Shown: positions 19,450 to 29,257 of the stretch, one piece after another | How positions within the stretch are numbered: the first letter of the stretch is position 1 | Layout of the letters: the number at the start of each line of letters is the position of its first letter | DNA from: a virus | Direction: 5' to 3' (one strand) | Virus record (IMG/VR): IMGVR_UViG_3300033233_000020 | Span: 1 to 64,000 of that record | Length of the DNA stretch: 64,000 nt | Made by a program: the position numbers and the translations under genes | The notes under the pieces: generated by a model | The model's database searches: none | Told to the model about the DNA's origin: nothing | Seen by the model: the letters and a program-made list of their open reading frames with translations, nothing else

Positions 19450-21531
19450 TTAAGGAAGGATAATTAATGGTCCTTGGATTATAAAACCAGAAGTACCACC
19501 GGACACAACTCCTGAACATACTATAGCGGCAGTCGCACCAGAAGGAGTAGTAAGTGTGATTGTTGCACCTGTAATTGAAGTAAATAAACCACGGGTACCC
19601 GTTACGGTATCTCCACTTACACTTGTCGTAAAGGTACCAGAAACACCAGTTACATTTGAAAAAGATCCCGTATTACCTGTTACTGTAGCCCCACTAACTC
19701 TAGTCGTAAAGGTACCGGAGACTCCCGTTATATTTGAAAAGGAACCTGTGTCGCCAGTAATAGTTCCCCCGCTGACCCTAGTAGTAAAAGTACCTGATAC
19801 ACCAGTTAAGTTTGCAGCATTTACGGTATTACCTGTTAAAGTTGTCCCCGAAACTAATGTTGTAAATACGCCCGAAACAAAATTGGCAGTAGTACCAGTG
19901 GTGGTTGTGCCTGTAAGAGATGTAAAAGTACCTGTGACAAAACTCGCGGTAACACCCGTGGTCATCGTGCCTGTAAGGGAAATAAAAGTACCTGTTGTAA
20001 ATTGAGCAGTTGTTCCAGTTACTGTGCTCCCACTTATTGTTCCTGTGACAGTTAAACCAGAAGAAATAATTGCGTTGCCTAGTGTTTCCGTATTTCCTGA
20101 GAAAGTTAAATTACCACCAAATGTTTGGTTTACGGCAAATAAATTTTCAAAAACTCCGCTGAGGCCTTGTATTGTATTGCCTGTTATTGTGGCGCCGCTT
20201 AAGTTTTGAAATACACCTGACGTAAAACTAGCCGTAGTACCTGTTGTAGTTGTTCCTGTTAAAGAAGTAAATACTCCAGTTATATATGTTGCAGTTACGC
20301 CTGTAGTTGTAGTTCCTGTTAATGAAGTAAAAGTACCTGTTGTGGCACTAACCGTAGTACCAGTAAATGTAGTTCCAGTTAAGGAGCTAAACGTTCCCGT
20401 TGTTCCTTGAACGGTTAATCCAGATACTGTTGTAGTTCCAACTACTGTTGCACCAGTTACAGATTGAAAGTTACCGGTGGTTGCGTTAACAGTAGTGCCA
20501 GTTATTGTGGCACCAGATAGCGAAGTAGTGAAAGTACCAGTTACACCGGTAACACTTTGAACGTTACCTGTTGTGAAGTTGGCAGTTGTACCTGTTACCG
20601 TAGTACCACTCAGATTTACAAACTGACCAGTAACGCCTGTTACCATTGTTCCGGTTAAAGACGTAAAGCTTCCTGTTGTTGACGCGACCGTTACTGCGGT
20701 AATTGTTGTGCCAGTAACTGTGGTTCCGGTAAAGGATGTAAAGACACCAGTAGCAAATCTGGCGGTTGTACCTGTTACCGTAGTACCACTTAGGGTTCCC
20801 GTTACATTAACACCAGCCGCAAAAACAGCTGCACCGCTTACTCCCAGTGTACCTGTAACTGTTAAGTTTCCGCTTATGTTTTGCGTTGTCGCATTAACAA
20901 CTTGAAAAGTACCAGTGGTGAAGTTTGCGTTTGTTCCAGTGATGGTTGCACCTGAAACGCGGTCAGTAAAGGTGCCGCTTACACCAGTAATATTGGAACC
21001 CTGGATGGTATTTCCAGTTACTGTTGTGCCACTTACTTTGACAAAATTACCGGAGGTACCATTGATAACGTTTCCTGTTACCGTTGCGCCAGACACAACC
21101 GTCGTGAAAATACCACTAGCGTAAGTAGCTGTTGTACCGGTTAACTGTGTTACTCTTCCTGAGATTGCATCGATTGTTGTTGCTGCAACCAGTGTGCCAG
21201 TTAACGTGACACCACTCAGTGTCCCATTGAGCCTTAAATCATTCTGAACAAAAACGCCACTAAAAGTAGCAAGAGCAGAACCTGTAATACTTGTGAAGTT
21301 ACTGGTACCTGAAACCGTCAGGCTTCCGTTGATTACTATGTTTCCACTAAAAGTATCACCGGAAATACTGGGATAATATATGTCTAAATAATTTCTAAAC
21401 TCTGTAAACGTAATTTTTTTATTACGTAAAACAGGGTCAACTTCAAATACGTGAACAAGTGTCAATAGATCCTGGTCAACGATATCCGCTGCAGGAATAC
21501 TAGGAAATTCAGAAATCCTTCTATTAGCCAC
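19450..21531 (-). CDS. Thr/Gly-rich tail fibre/shaft protein
   Basis: MANRRISEF...NKKIT fibre-type N-terminus; ~5-residue periodic SGATI/TGTTA/TFTSL repeats. Confidence 0.8.
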   Translation of the reverse strand: MANRRISEFPSIPAADIVDQDLLTLVHVFEVDPVLRNKKITFTEFRNYLDIYYPSISGDTFSGNIVINGSLTVSGTSNFTSITGSALATFSGVFVQNDLRLNGTLSGVTLTGTLVAATTIDAISGRVTQLTGTTATYASGIFTTVVSGATVTGNVINGTSGNFVKVSGTTVTGNTIQGSNITGVSGTFTDRVSGATITGTNANFTTGTFQVVNATTQNISGNLTVTGTLGVSGAAVFAAGVNVTGTLSGTTVTGTTARFATGVFTSFTGTTVTGTTITAVTVASTTGSFTSLTGTMVTGVTGQFVNLSGTTVTGTTANFTTGNVQSVTGVTGTFTTSLSGATITGTTVNATTGNFQSVTGATVVGTTTVSGLTVQGTTGTFSSLTGTTFTGTTVSATTGTFTSLTGTTTTGVTATYITGVFTSLTGTTTTGTTASFTSGVFQNLSGATITGNTIQGLSGVFENLFAVNQTFGGNLTFSGNTETLGNAIISSGLTVTGTISGSTVTGTTAQFTTGTFISLTGTMTTGVTASFVTGTFTSLTGTTTTGTTANFVSGVFTTLVSGTTLTGNTVNAANLTGVSGTFTTRVSGGTITGDTGSFSNITGVSGTFTTRVSGATVTGNTGSFSNVTGVSGTFTTSVSGDTVTGTRGLFTSITGATITLTTPSGATAAIVCSGVVSGGTSGFIIQGPLIILP

Positions 21532-21582
21532 TTAACTCGTACAGATACCCTTAAAAGAATTATAGGCGTCCCTTACTCAGTC

Positions 21583-21897
21583 TTATTTCATCTTAATCTC
21601 AATGCGTGGCAAGGTATTGGTAATAAAATTAACAGCAAACTGAGTTCCAAATACAATGCCACAAGACAAGGCAAGCATAAGAATTATTTCAGCAACAGTC
21701 AGAGGACGCTTGACGTATACAACTTGTTCTAGCGGCCTTCCAGGGGGGATAGGTTGTGCTTGCTGTTGTTGATATACCTGCATAATTGCGGACTCCCTTG
21801 CACGAGCTTTCATTTGCTCTAGTTGTTCAGGCGTGATCTGCCCAACCAAACCCTGTGAAGCTGGAGGAAAATTACTAGCGGGAATTTGTTCTTCCAT
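21583..21897 (-). CDS. Hypothetical membrane protein
   Basis: C-terminal TM helix. Confidence 0.6.
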   Translation of the reverse strand: MEEQIPASNFPPASQGLVGQITPEQLEQMKARARESAIMQVYQQQQAQPIPPGRPLEQVVYVKRPLTVAEIILMLALSCGIVFGTQFAVNFITNTLPRIEIKMK

Positions 21898-21951
21898 GGA
21901 TCATGCAAAACGCCTAATAAAACTGTAGCATTTAATTAAACGGACTGCATT

Positions 21952-22470
21952 ATGACTACACCTTTAAAAAAAAGTCTGGAAGACATCGCCTTTGAATTAC
22001 GTGGCATCAAGCATGTTTTGTCAAGCATGTGGCATTCACGCTACAAGAACGAGGATACTGACCAAGTAAGCCCAGAGTTTTTTGCCGATGAGTACGTATC
22101 TACCGAAGAGTGCGCTCGCCGCCTGGGCGTAACAGACCAAACAATTCGCAACTGGATTTTGGTAGGTAGAAGGGAGCCTGACAAAGGATGGATCCAAGGG
22201 GTGCATTACATCATGATTAATCCTTTAAGCAAGAAACAAATCATTCGTATCCCTTGGAATCGATTAATTCTTTCCTATTCAAAAGGAGAAGAGCCAACAT
22301 TGAGATCTTTTGACAAGGGGCATGCGTTATATCAAGATCATCGTGGCAAAAAAGCTGATCACATTCCAGATCCTACAAAGCCTCGTATCGATATGGAAGA
22401 TGAAGAAAGTGACGATACCCTTAACACGACTTTTGTTAAGGCCTGGGTTGACGAGGCAACTGAGCAATGA
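21952..22470 (+). CDS. HTH DNA-binding protein
   Basis: YVSTEECARRLGVTDQTIRNWI...W.QGVHY. Confidence 0.75.
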   Translation: MTTPLKKSLEDIAFELRGIKHVLSSMWHSRYKNEDTDQVSPEFFADEYVSTEECARRLGVTDQTIRNWILVGRREPDKGWIQGVHYIMINPLSKKQIIRIPWNRLILSYSKGEEPTLRSFDKGHALYQDHRGKKADHIPDPTKPRIDMEDEESDDTLNTTFVKAWVDEATEQ

Positions 22471-22961
22471 TAGTCACTAGATTTGCTACGTTTTCAATTG
22501 AAGACATAACTATTGAAAACATTTCTAGTATCTTGCCTGAGTCACTTTACTTGCAAGTCGAAATGTTCCTGCCTCCCAGTGGTTCATTTAATGACGAGTG
22601 CTTGCAGCGATACTTAAAAAACCTAAAGGATTACGAAGAGGAAGACCCACACTCTTCTATGACCTTGGCAAATCGATTGCGATTAGCTTTTGTGGATATG
22701 GACCCCGATACGATATGTGGTAAATTCCCCACAGCAGACTTACCTTTGAAAAGGAGGTTGCGTTGTGTTGCCGAGTATTTAATTCGGGCCGGGGAATTTG
22801 ATAAACTAAGGGATGAGAACGGAAAACTTGTCAAAAAAAGAGGGGTACTTGGCAAGTTAGTTGTTTTGTACCAGCCCCTTCCAAGACTCCAAGAAAACTT
22901 ACAACGGCAAGGATTGTTACCCCATGAATCGAAGAGAGCAATTAATCAGCAAAACTCTTAG
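22467..22961 (+). CDS. Hypothetical protein
   Basis: Coupled ORF. Confidence 0.65.
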   Translation: MIVTRFATFSIEDITIENISSILPESLYLQVEMFLPPSGSFNDECLQRYLKNLKDYEEEDPHSSMTLANRLRLAFVDMDPDTICGKFPTADLPLKRRLRCVAEYLIRAGEFDKLRDENGKLVKKRGVLGKLVVLYQPLPRLQENLQRQGLLPHESKRAINQQNS

Positions 22962-23307
22962 CCCTTCATTAGATGAGAAGGAGGCTAAGATGCTGGACAC
23001 TACCATGCGCTTGATTTTGGGCGACATGGGAGAAATGTACATGAAATTTTGGGAGACAGAAGGACCAGGAGTTATGTGCTTTCAGCCAGACTCTGATCGC
23101 TCTATGTTCTTTTTGACTTTAGAAGAAATACACGCCGCAAAAGAAAAGGAAGAACGCGATAACAATGGAGACCTTGCAGAGAGTTTTCGTCGAATCCTGG
23201 AGGCCGCACAAAAAATTGATCCAGCGGAAAAAGCTGGTTACATCATCAATGATGAAGTGGGCATTCGCTATTTGGAAATAGACTATAACCAAGGGATTAA
23301 GAAGTAA
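22924..23307 (+). CDS. Hypothetical protein
   Basis: ORF from ATG 22924, coupled to the next gene. Confidence 0.65.
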   Translation: MNRREQLISKTLSPSLDEKEAKMLDTTMRLILGDMGEMYMKFWETEGPGVMCFQPDSDRSMFFLTLEEIHAAKEKEERDNNGDLAESFRRILEAAQKIDPAEKAGYIINDEVGIRYLEIDYNQGIKK

Positions 23308-23900
23308 TGCCCGCTTTTGTTGGTAACAAACAAGTCGAAGCTTACGAGTGGATAACCAATCGTGACTTAGTTGATTCCGCTCATCTTTTGATGGGTGGCA
23401 TTGATCTTGATCCAGCCAGTTCCCAGATGGCTAACACATATGTAAATGCAAAAAACTTTTACACTGTGATGGATGACGGATTGAATGACCAAGATTGGCA
23501 CGGAAGTGTCTACTTGTTTCCACCAAATAAAACTTATTTTTGGAATGCAAAATCGTATAGGTGGAAAGCAACTAGGGGCTTGTCACCTACGTTGATATCA
23601 GGCCATGCGCTCTGGTGGCAGACATTAAAAAGAAAATGGTTGAGTGGTGAGGTTGACCAAGGTCTTTACTTTTCTAATTGCCCTGATATGTTTCAATACT
23701 GTCAAGATATCTTTGACCATCCGGTATGCATCTTGCGTACACGTCCCGTACTCCTTCAACATTTCTTAGCAAGTGACGAAATCAAATCTCGAAACACTTG
23801 CATCTCTTTTGTGGTATACCTCCAGCCTAAGGAATATACCTCTGATGCTACTCAAAATTTTATTGATATTTACGGCGATAAGGGCAAACTCCTCTGCTGA
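23307..23900 (+). CDS. Phage adenine-methyltransferase-like protein (atypical catalytic motif)
   Basis: EWIT, GGIDLDPASS..AN, DGL..DWHGSVYLFPP; FPPN stands where NPPY is expected. Confidence 0.65.
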   Translation: MPAFVGNKQVEAYEWITNRDLVDSAHLLMGGIDLDPASSQMANTYVNAKNFYTVMDDGLNDQDWHGSVYLFPPNKTYFWNAKSYRWKATRGLSPTLISGHALWWQTLKRKWLSGEVDQGLYFSNCPDMFQYCQDIFDHPVCILRTRPVLLQHFLASDEIKSRNTCISFVVYLQPKEYTSDATQNFIDIYGDKGKLLC

Positions 23901-23932
23901 GTCGGTTAAACTGATCAAGCTTGACTGACGTT

Positions 23933-24520
23933 ATGAGCATTCTTTCCGACCGCGAAATCAAACACCTGGCACTTGAGCAGGGGATGATTCAACCCTTTCA
24001 GGACCGTCTCATTAGTGAGGAAGGTGGGAGGCGCCTTCTTAGCTACGGACTTAGTTCTTATGGATACGATATCCGACTTTCGCCTAAGCAGTGTTTAATT
24101 TTTGGTGGTGTCCAGAGAGGAGATTGCGATCCTAAAGCTTTTGATCCGGAGATTTTAAAGCCTGCCGACTTACTAGAAGATGAGAAGGGACAGTATTTTT
24201 TGATTCCGCCCTATGGCTACTGTTTGGGCGTAGCCGAGGAGTATTTGGAACTACCTGCTGATGTAACCGTTGTCGCTGTAGGCAAGAGCACTTATGCACG
24301 TTCAGGTATTCTTGCTAATATCACACCGGCCGAATCCACTTGGAGCGGCCACTTGACACTTGAAATCAGTAATTGCACTGCCTTGTTTAATCGTATTTAT
24401 GCCAACGAAGGGATCTGTCAACTCCTTTTCTTTCGCGGCAATCCTTGCGATGTAACTTACAGTGATCGCAAGGGTAAGTACAATGATCAGCCAAAGGAAG
24501 TAGTCTTCAGTCAGGTTTAA
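23933..24520 (+). CDS. dcd: dCTP deaminase
   Basis: MSILSDREI, SYGLSSYGYDIRL, GKSTYARSG, TPAE..WSGHLTLEI, ICQLLF, YSDRKGKY. Confidence 0.95.
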   Translation: MSILSDREIKHLALEQGMIQPFQDRLISEEGGRRLLSYGLSSYGYDIRLSPKQCLIFGGVQRGDCDPKAFDPEILKPADLLEDEKGQYFLIPPYGYCLGVAEEYLELPADVTVVAVGKSTYARSGILANITPAESTWSGHLTLEISNCTALFNRIYANEGICQLLFFRGNPCDVTYSDRKGKYNDQPKEVVFSQV

Positions 24521-24906
24521 AAACCTCTGAAGGTACCAGAGAAAGCACCGGGCTTTCGTGCATAGTTGGTACTTCCTACTGTACCAATAGCATCTCCCAT
24601 ACTCGGAAGCTGTGTCCCATCAATCACGGCTTCCGTTCTTGGGGTTTTACCACGAATAGTGGGCTCAGCAATTTGAGTTCTCTGGCGGTATTCTCCTGCT
24701 GTCCTGGCAGCGGCCATAAATTTCTTTACACGGTTCTGTTGAACCTCGTTGCCGGTATCTGCGCGATCTGCAAAACCTCTTTCAGTTTTATCCAGGTGCC
24801 GTGTATCAGTTGCGTAAGCACGTTCCGGATGTAAATCTGAATTATCACCGCCAGAACTACCTGCGTCCTGACGGGGATCGTAAGTGGGCTCAAAGAATCT
24901 TGCCAT
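24517..24906 (-). CDS. Hypothetical protein
   Basis: ORF with TACAAT 6 nt upstream of the start. Confidence 0.6.
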   Translation of the reverse strand: MARFFEPTYDPRQDAGSSGGDNSDLHPERAYATDTRHLDKTERGFADRADTGNEVQQNRVKKFMAAARTAGEYRQRTQIAEPTIRGKTPRTEAVIDGTQLPSMGDAIGTVGSTNYARKPGAFSGTFRGF

Positions 24907-24947
24907 GATAATATTGTAATTGAAAGAATTTAAACCCAGATATCTTC

Positions 24948-25310
24948 ATGATGCATTCCGCCCCATCTCCGGATGCGTTTTTAGATCATTTTATTGTTAG
25001 CGACAGCGAAGTCAAGAATCGTTGCTTAAGCCCACTTGATTTTGGTGGTGAGCTAGATAATGAAAACAATGACGTCCCACTAAATGACATGTATAATCGA
25101 GGTTTGGCACTGACCCAACAAGGTCGCGAGCGCCAGAATCTCCAAATTGAAGGTGGACCACGATGCGGACTAACGGGTTTAATTCCGAGTGCGGAGGAAG
25201 GAATGATGATGGGTGCTCAACCACAACCCCGCAGCTTGATCTTGGAGTTGGATGGACCGGACTCGAATCAGATCGAAATGTCGAAAAAACGCCGTGGTTT
25301 AACCCGGTAG
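24948..25310 (+). CDS. Hypothetical protein
   Basis: ORF that overlaps the next gene. Confidence 0.5.
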   Translation: MMHSAPSPDAFLDHFIVSDSEVKNRCLSPLDFGGELDNENNDVPLNDMYNRGLALTQQGRERQNLQIEGGPRCGLTGLIPSAEEGMMMGAQPQPRSLILELDGPDSNQIEMSKKRRGLTR

Positions 25311-25579
25311 AAGGGGAGTGTAAAGACGGATTTTGTCCCATGCCTCAACGTAAAGTTGACATGGTAAATCACCCACCACACTATTCCAACCCAAATAAAA
25401 AACTTGAAACTATCGATAAGATAGAGGATGCGGTTCAGTTTGCACCTAATCCTGTTCTTGGTGGTCTCCAGTGGCAAGTGCTGAAATATATGGACAGACT
25501 CTGGGACAAAGAAAACCCTAAGCAGGATGCTCAAAAAGCTCTCTGGTATCTTGAAAGACTAATCGCCAAACTTGACTAG
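25163..25579 (+). CDS. DUF3310-like protein (start uncertain)
   Basis: DMVNHPPHY...ETID.IE...LKY..R...K....D..KALWYL. Confidence 0.8.
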   Translation: MRTNGFNSECGGRNDDGCSTTTPQLDLGVGWTGLESDRNVEKTPWFNPVEGECKDGFCPMPQRKVDMVNHPPHYSNPNKKLETIDKIEDAVQFAPNPVLGGLQWQVLKYMDRLWDKENPKQDAQKALWYLERLIAKLD

Positions 25580-25890
25580 AAGGGACTCAGTTCCTTTCTT
25601 AACTCGTCATTGTCGTCATCTTCGTCATCATCGTCGAACTCGTCAGCACACATCAATGCCAACTCAGTTAATTCAAGCTGGGTTGGCATGTCCCACTCAA
25701 GTTCGATACTTTCATCTGCCAAAATATCTTTGATTGCTGCCCATTCAATCATTCGACGATGATAGAGGTTCAGAAGGGCAGCATATAGCTGATCCCAAGT
25801 CATTTCTTGGGCCTCCAGCTCTGCCTTACGCATAGCAAACTGCAGTTGCAGAGGGAGTTCTAGCTCTCTTGGATTGACTGTTTCTTCCAT
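25576..25890 (-). CDS. nblA: NblA-like phycobilisome degradation adaptor with acidic tail
   Basis: LPLQLQFAMRKAELEAQEMTWDQLYAALLNLYHRRMIEWAAIKDIL matches the NblA L.L.QQF..R......M...Q....L..LY pattern. Confidence 0.6.
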   Translation of the reverse strand: MEETVNPRELELPLQLQFAMRKAELEAQEMTWDQLYAALLNLYHRRMIEWAAIKDILADESIELEWDMPTQLELTELALMCADEFDDDDEDDDNDELRKELSPF

Positions 25891-25933
25891 TTGCATGCGA
25901 ATAACCTAGAAATATTCTAGGTCCTGTTATCGA

Positions 25934-26581
25934 TCACACCAGTAGCCTATCACTTTCCAGGTAATCGATGTGGTACTCATCTAAGATAAATTTATTGGCA
26001 AACGCTGCTAGAACATAAGGATTTAACTGCTCTTCAAGCTGCCTAATGGCATTGAGCTGCCTGGGAGAAGCCGTGTAGTTACGGAAAGCTTTGAGAAGAA
26101 TATCACTAGAAACCAGAACGGTATTTTTAATTTCGCTTAAAAAAAGCAAGGATTCTTCTCGCCGCCTGTCAATAAGGCCTCCAATTGTGCGGTCATAGTC
26201 GTCAAAAATCCAACGAGATATTTCTGCTGTCGCACCAGGCCAGTTCTCTCCTTCAATAAGATCAATGAGGTTACTGTATAAAAAAGAATCCCATCCAACA
26301 GAGTGGATAAATGAAATCAATGCTTCTCGCATTGATCCATCAATGCCCAGATTTAAACGTGCAACATCCTCTTCAATGATCCCTACATCATGCTGCAGAT
26401 ACTCCAGTGCCTTTTGCCTGGAACAACACTGACCTTTCTTTACTGCTGCTCCATCTGGGTAATATTGAGACCCATAACCAAACGTATAGGGTGCTCCACC
26501 AGTACTGGAATCAGGATAAGCACACTCACTGTATCCCTCATACTTCTTAATAATGTCAATTGCCCGCGCAAAAGAAGACAT
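25934..26581 (-). CDS. GH24 lysozyme with C-terminal accessory domain
   Basis: YEGYSECAYPD...PYTFGYG, ALISFIHSVG, GLIDRRREE. Confidence 0.88.
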   Translation of the reverse strand: MSSFARAIDIIKKYEGYSECAYPDSSTGGAPYTFGYGSQYYPDGAAVKKGQCCSRQKALEYLQHDVGIIEEDVARLNLGIDGSMREALISFIHSVGWDSFLYSNLIDLIEGENWPGATAEISRWIFDDYDRTIGGLIDRRREESLLFLSEIKNTVLVSSDILLKAFRNYTASPRQLNAIRQLEEQLNPYVLAAFANKFILDEYHIDYLESDRLLV

Positions 26582-26631
26582 AAGACATAACTCAGTTACA
26601 TCCCATGATAAACATATATTACTTAAAGGTG

Positions 26632-26757
26632 TTAGCCCTTTCCTTGCCCACGGGATTTTTTTCTCCCGTGATTAGGCTTGGAGTTCATACCTTGACCCTG
26701 CCTAGTTCCTTTGGGGCGGCCTTCTTTCTTTTGAAGAGTTGTTTTTACTTTGTTCAT
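26632..26757 (-). CDS. Small basic protein, 41 aa
   Basis: MNKVKTTLQKKEGRPKGTRQGQG...RGQGKG. Confidence 0.5.
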   Translation of the reverse strand: MNKVKTTLQKKEGRPKGTRQGQGMNSKPNHGRKKSRGQGKG

Positions 26758-26762
26758 TTAAG

Positions 26763-27068
26763 TCACCATTTTTCACGATCAGCCCAGTATGCGGCTGACA
26801 TTTTTCCTTTAGCTATATTTTTTGCGTGTCTAGCTTTAAAGCTAGCACGTTTTTGTTTCATGCGATCAGACTCACCTTCCTTTGGTTTACCAGCGGTCTT
26901 AGCTCCTTGTTCACCAAAGCGTATCAACTTTTCTTTACCTCCTTCACAAGCTTTTACAATATGACTTTTGGTGGGATGACCAGGAGTTTTTTGTGGTTTA
27001 TTGCATGCCATCTTGCTTTTTTGATAACGCTTGGCAGCACTAGCAGCTTGTTTTCGTTTGTCTACCAT
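26763..27068 (-). CDS. Small basic phage protein
   Basis: KLIRFGEQG...RASFKARH...SAAYWA motif. Confidence 0.7.
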   Translation of the reverse strand: MVDKRKQAASAAKRYQKSKMACNKPQKTPGHPTKSHIVKACEGGKEKLIRFGEQGAKTAGKPKEGESDRMKQKRASFKARHAKNIAKGKMSAAYWADREKW

Positions 27069-29257
27069 TGGAAATTAAAAAGACCAGAAGACGAGGATCC
27101 TTTTTCTTCTGCTTCTTTTTCAGCGTCTCCAAATAGTGTAGAATAACTATTCTCTTGCGAGCCTTTTGTTGATTGTTTTTGGGTATCTGAAAATAAAGAT
27201 CCAATTGAATCCATTGTTGCAAAAGGATCCGATGTATCTATATCAAAACCTAGGCCACTATTATCACCTTTTAACACATCAGATATTAGTTGTTGATCAG
27301 CTCTATCAACATCTGGCATAAAATCATTGTAGAATTCATCTTCACTTCCTTCATACCCAGAGTTTTTAAACAAGTTGTAAAGAGTTGTTTCTTTGCCCGT
27401 GGATTTAGTAACATCATCAATATCTCTTTGTATGTATTCAATGCCTAAGTTTTTTTGAGTTGGTGTTTTTTTCTGTTCGTTAAGTTGTTTAATAGCGGCT
27501 CTAATATCTTCGGCTGGCGCAGTCCTGGTTGCGTTAAGAAGTAGACCCTTGACTTCTTCTATCGATTTATTTGTACTATCAATGCCGTGCTCTTTTAAAG
27601 CTTTTTCCCAAGCTTCTGGCGTTTTTAATGGGTCAATGTTACTAACAAGTTGATCAGCTAACTGGTCTGATGTCATGAATTGTAAAAATACGCTGTCACC
27701 AAAAGCTTCTTTAGCTTCTGAAAGATAGGGTGTTAGTTCATTGTTAATGTAATTAAAAAGATCTGCATTTGTTGGCTTGTCAGAAGATGGATCAAACCCA
27801 CTTGGTTTTCCTACAACCTCGTAATGAAGTTTTGCAAATTGATCTTTATTATTAACATTTAAACCATATTTATACGCCCATTGATCCCATGTCATACCAT
27901 TGACTAGAGCAGTTGATTTGGACTTGGCTTGATCCCAAGCATTAGCGACATTTGTTTTTTGGGTTGTATACAGACTTGTTTTTGCGTCGTTTCCAGTGGG
28001 GTCAAAATAGAAACTTGAATCAAAGTAACCCTTGCTTTGAGCGGCTAACTGGCCCAAAAAAGAGTCTGCTTTTTGCATACCCAGCTCTTTAAGCTTGTTG
28101 CTTACTGTTTGCGTTTGCAGGATGTTTTGTTCACCATCCTGTACGTCCATATAACTGATAAACTCTGACATTGATTTAGAGTTATCAAAGCGTGGTTTTA
28201 AATAATCATCAACAAAAGTTTTAGCAAATTCTTTATCAATTGCATATTTTTTTTCTGCATCATTTGGATCTGTAATTTCAGTTAAGTTTTCATATTTACT
28301 GGCTAGACTTTCATCAAACCATTTTTGCCAGTTGTAAGAGACTGAATCTTTTGTCCCTAGTAGTGATTGAATACCTTCTTCCAGCCCCTTTGCTGTTTCT
28401 CCTTGACCAGCCAGTGTTAACATACCCCCAATGCCAGTATCACCTAACAAAGAATTAGATAATGTGGATTTAAAATTCATAATCTCATCAAAGCCAGGCA
28501 TTCCGGCAAACATGTCATATTTACTTTCTTGTTGACGCGCTTTATTGACTTCCGCTACTGTGTTCTTCAATACATCTTGAAGTAAATAGTTAAATTTATT
28601 TTGGTTTTCTTGGTTAACAATTTGTTCAATTGTTGCGTCAATGGGAGCCTTGCCTACCGTGGATCCTATTCCTAAAATGGTATCCCTAAATGCTTGTTTT
28701 TCAGCATCAGTAAGCCCTTGCCTTGTTTCTTCATACGTGCTCGCTGCGGATGCTGCTTCCTCAGCGTTACCCCTAAGCCCACTCGCTTTGCCTGTAGTTG
28801 AATAGTGCTGATGAAGAAACGTATTTTGATCATACCTTTTTGTAATGTCTACATCAGGTAAAGTAATTCCTCCAAAGGTAACTCCAGTTGCTGCACTTGA
28901 CCATTGATTTAAAAGGGCAGGGTTTTGGCTTGCATAATAAGCGGCGTTAAATGTCCCGGCGGGGGGATTCAAGCCTTGAGTTGTTGCACTCCAGGGGGTG
29001 GTTACATTTTTGGAAACATAAAAATCAGTTACTTTATTCAGTTCTCCATTTGGAATCAACGTGCTTAAATTGCTTGCTCCTTGACTTTTCGCAATTGATT
29101 CTAGTATTTGTTTGTAGCTACCAGGGGTAGACGTATTGAATGAGTTCGCGAGAGATGTGAATAATGTGTTTTGTGCAGTGTTGTCCCCACTGGTTACTGT
29201 GAGCAGCGGAGCGTCTGTCGCTGTTTTACCGATAACAAAAGTTGCAGCGGGCATCAA
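27062..29257 (-). CDS. Large hypothetical protein (probably virion)
   Basis: 731-aa ORF in the late block. Confidence 0.7.
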   Translation of the reverse strand: MMPAATFVIGKTATDAPLLTVTSGDNTAQNTLFTSLANSFNTSTPGSYKQILESIAKSQGASNLSTLIPNGELNKVTDFYVSKNVTTPWSATTQGLNPPAGTFNAAYYASQNPALLNQWSSAATGVTFGGITLPDVDITKRYDQNTFLHQHYSTTGKASGLRGNAEEAASAASTYEETRQGLTDAEKQAFRDTILGIGSTVGKAPIDATIEQIVNQENQNKFNYLLQDVLKNTVAEVNKARQQESKYDMFAGMPGFDEIMNFKSTLSNSLLGDTGIGGMLTLAGQGETAKGLEEGIQSLLGTKDSVSYNWQKWFDESLASKYENLTEITDPNDAEKKYAIDKEFAKTFVDDYLKPRFDNSKSMSEFISYMDVQDGEQNILQTQTVSNKLKELGMQKADSFLGQLAAQSKGYFDSSFYFDPTGNDAKTSLYTTQKTNVANAWDQAKSKSTALVNGMTWDQWAYKYGLNVNNKDQFAKLHYEVVGKPSGFDPSSDKPTNADLFNYINNELTPYLSEAKEAFGDSVFLQFMTSDQLADQLVSNIDPLKTPEAWEKALKEHGIDSTNKSIEEVKGLLLNATRTAPAEDIRAAIKQLNEQKKTPTQKNLGIEYIQRDIDDVTKSTGKETTLYNLFKNSGYEGSEDEFYNDFMPDVDRADQQLISDVLKGDNSGLGFDIDTSDPFATMDSIGSLFSDTQKQSTKGSQENSYSTLFGDAEKEAEEKGSSSSGLFNFQW

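Noticed and set aside
19450-21531. Ice-binding protein suggested by Thr-rich repeats
   Set aside because: The fibre-type N-terminus, gene context and ~5-residue Gly periodicity fit a beta-structured fibre shaft better, and there is no regular TxT array.
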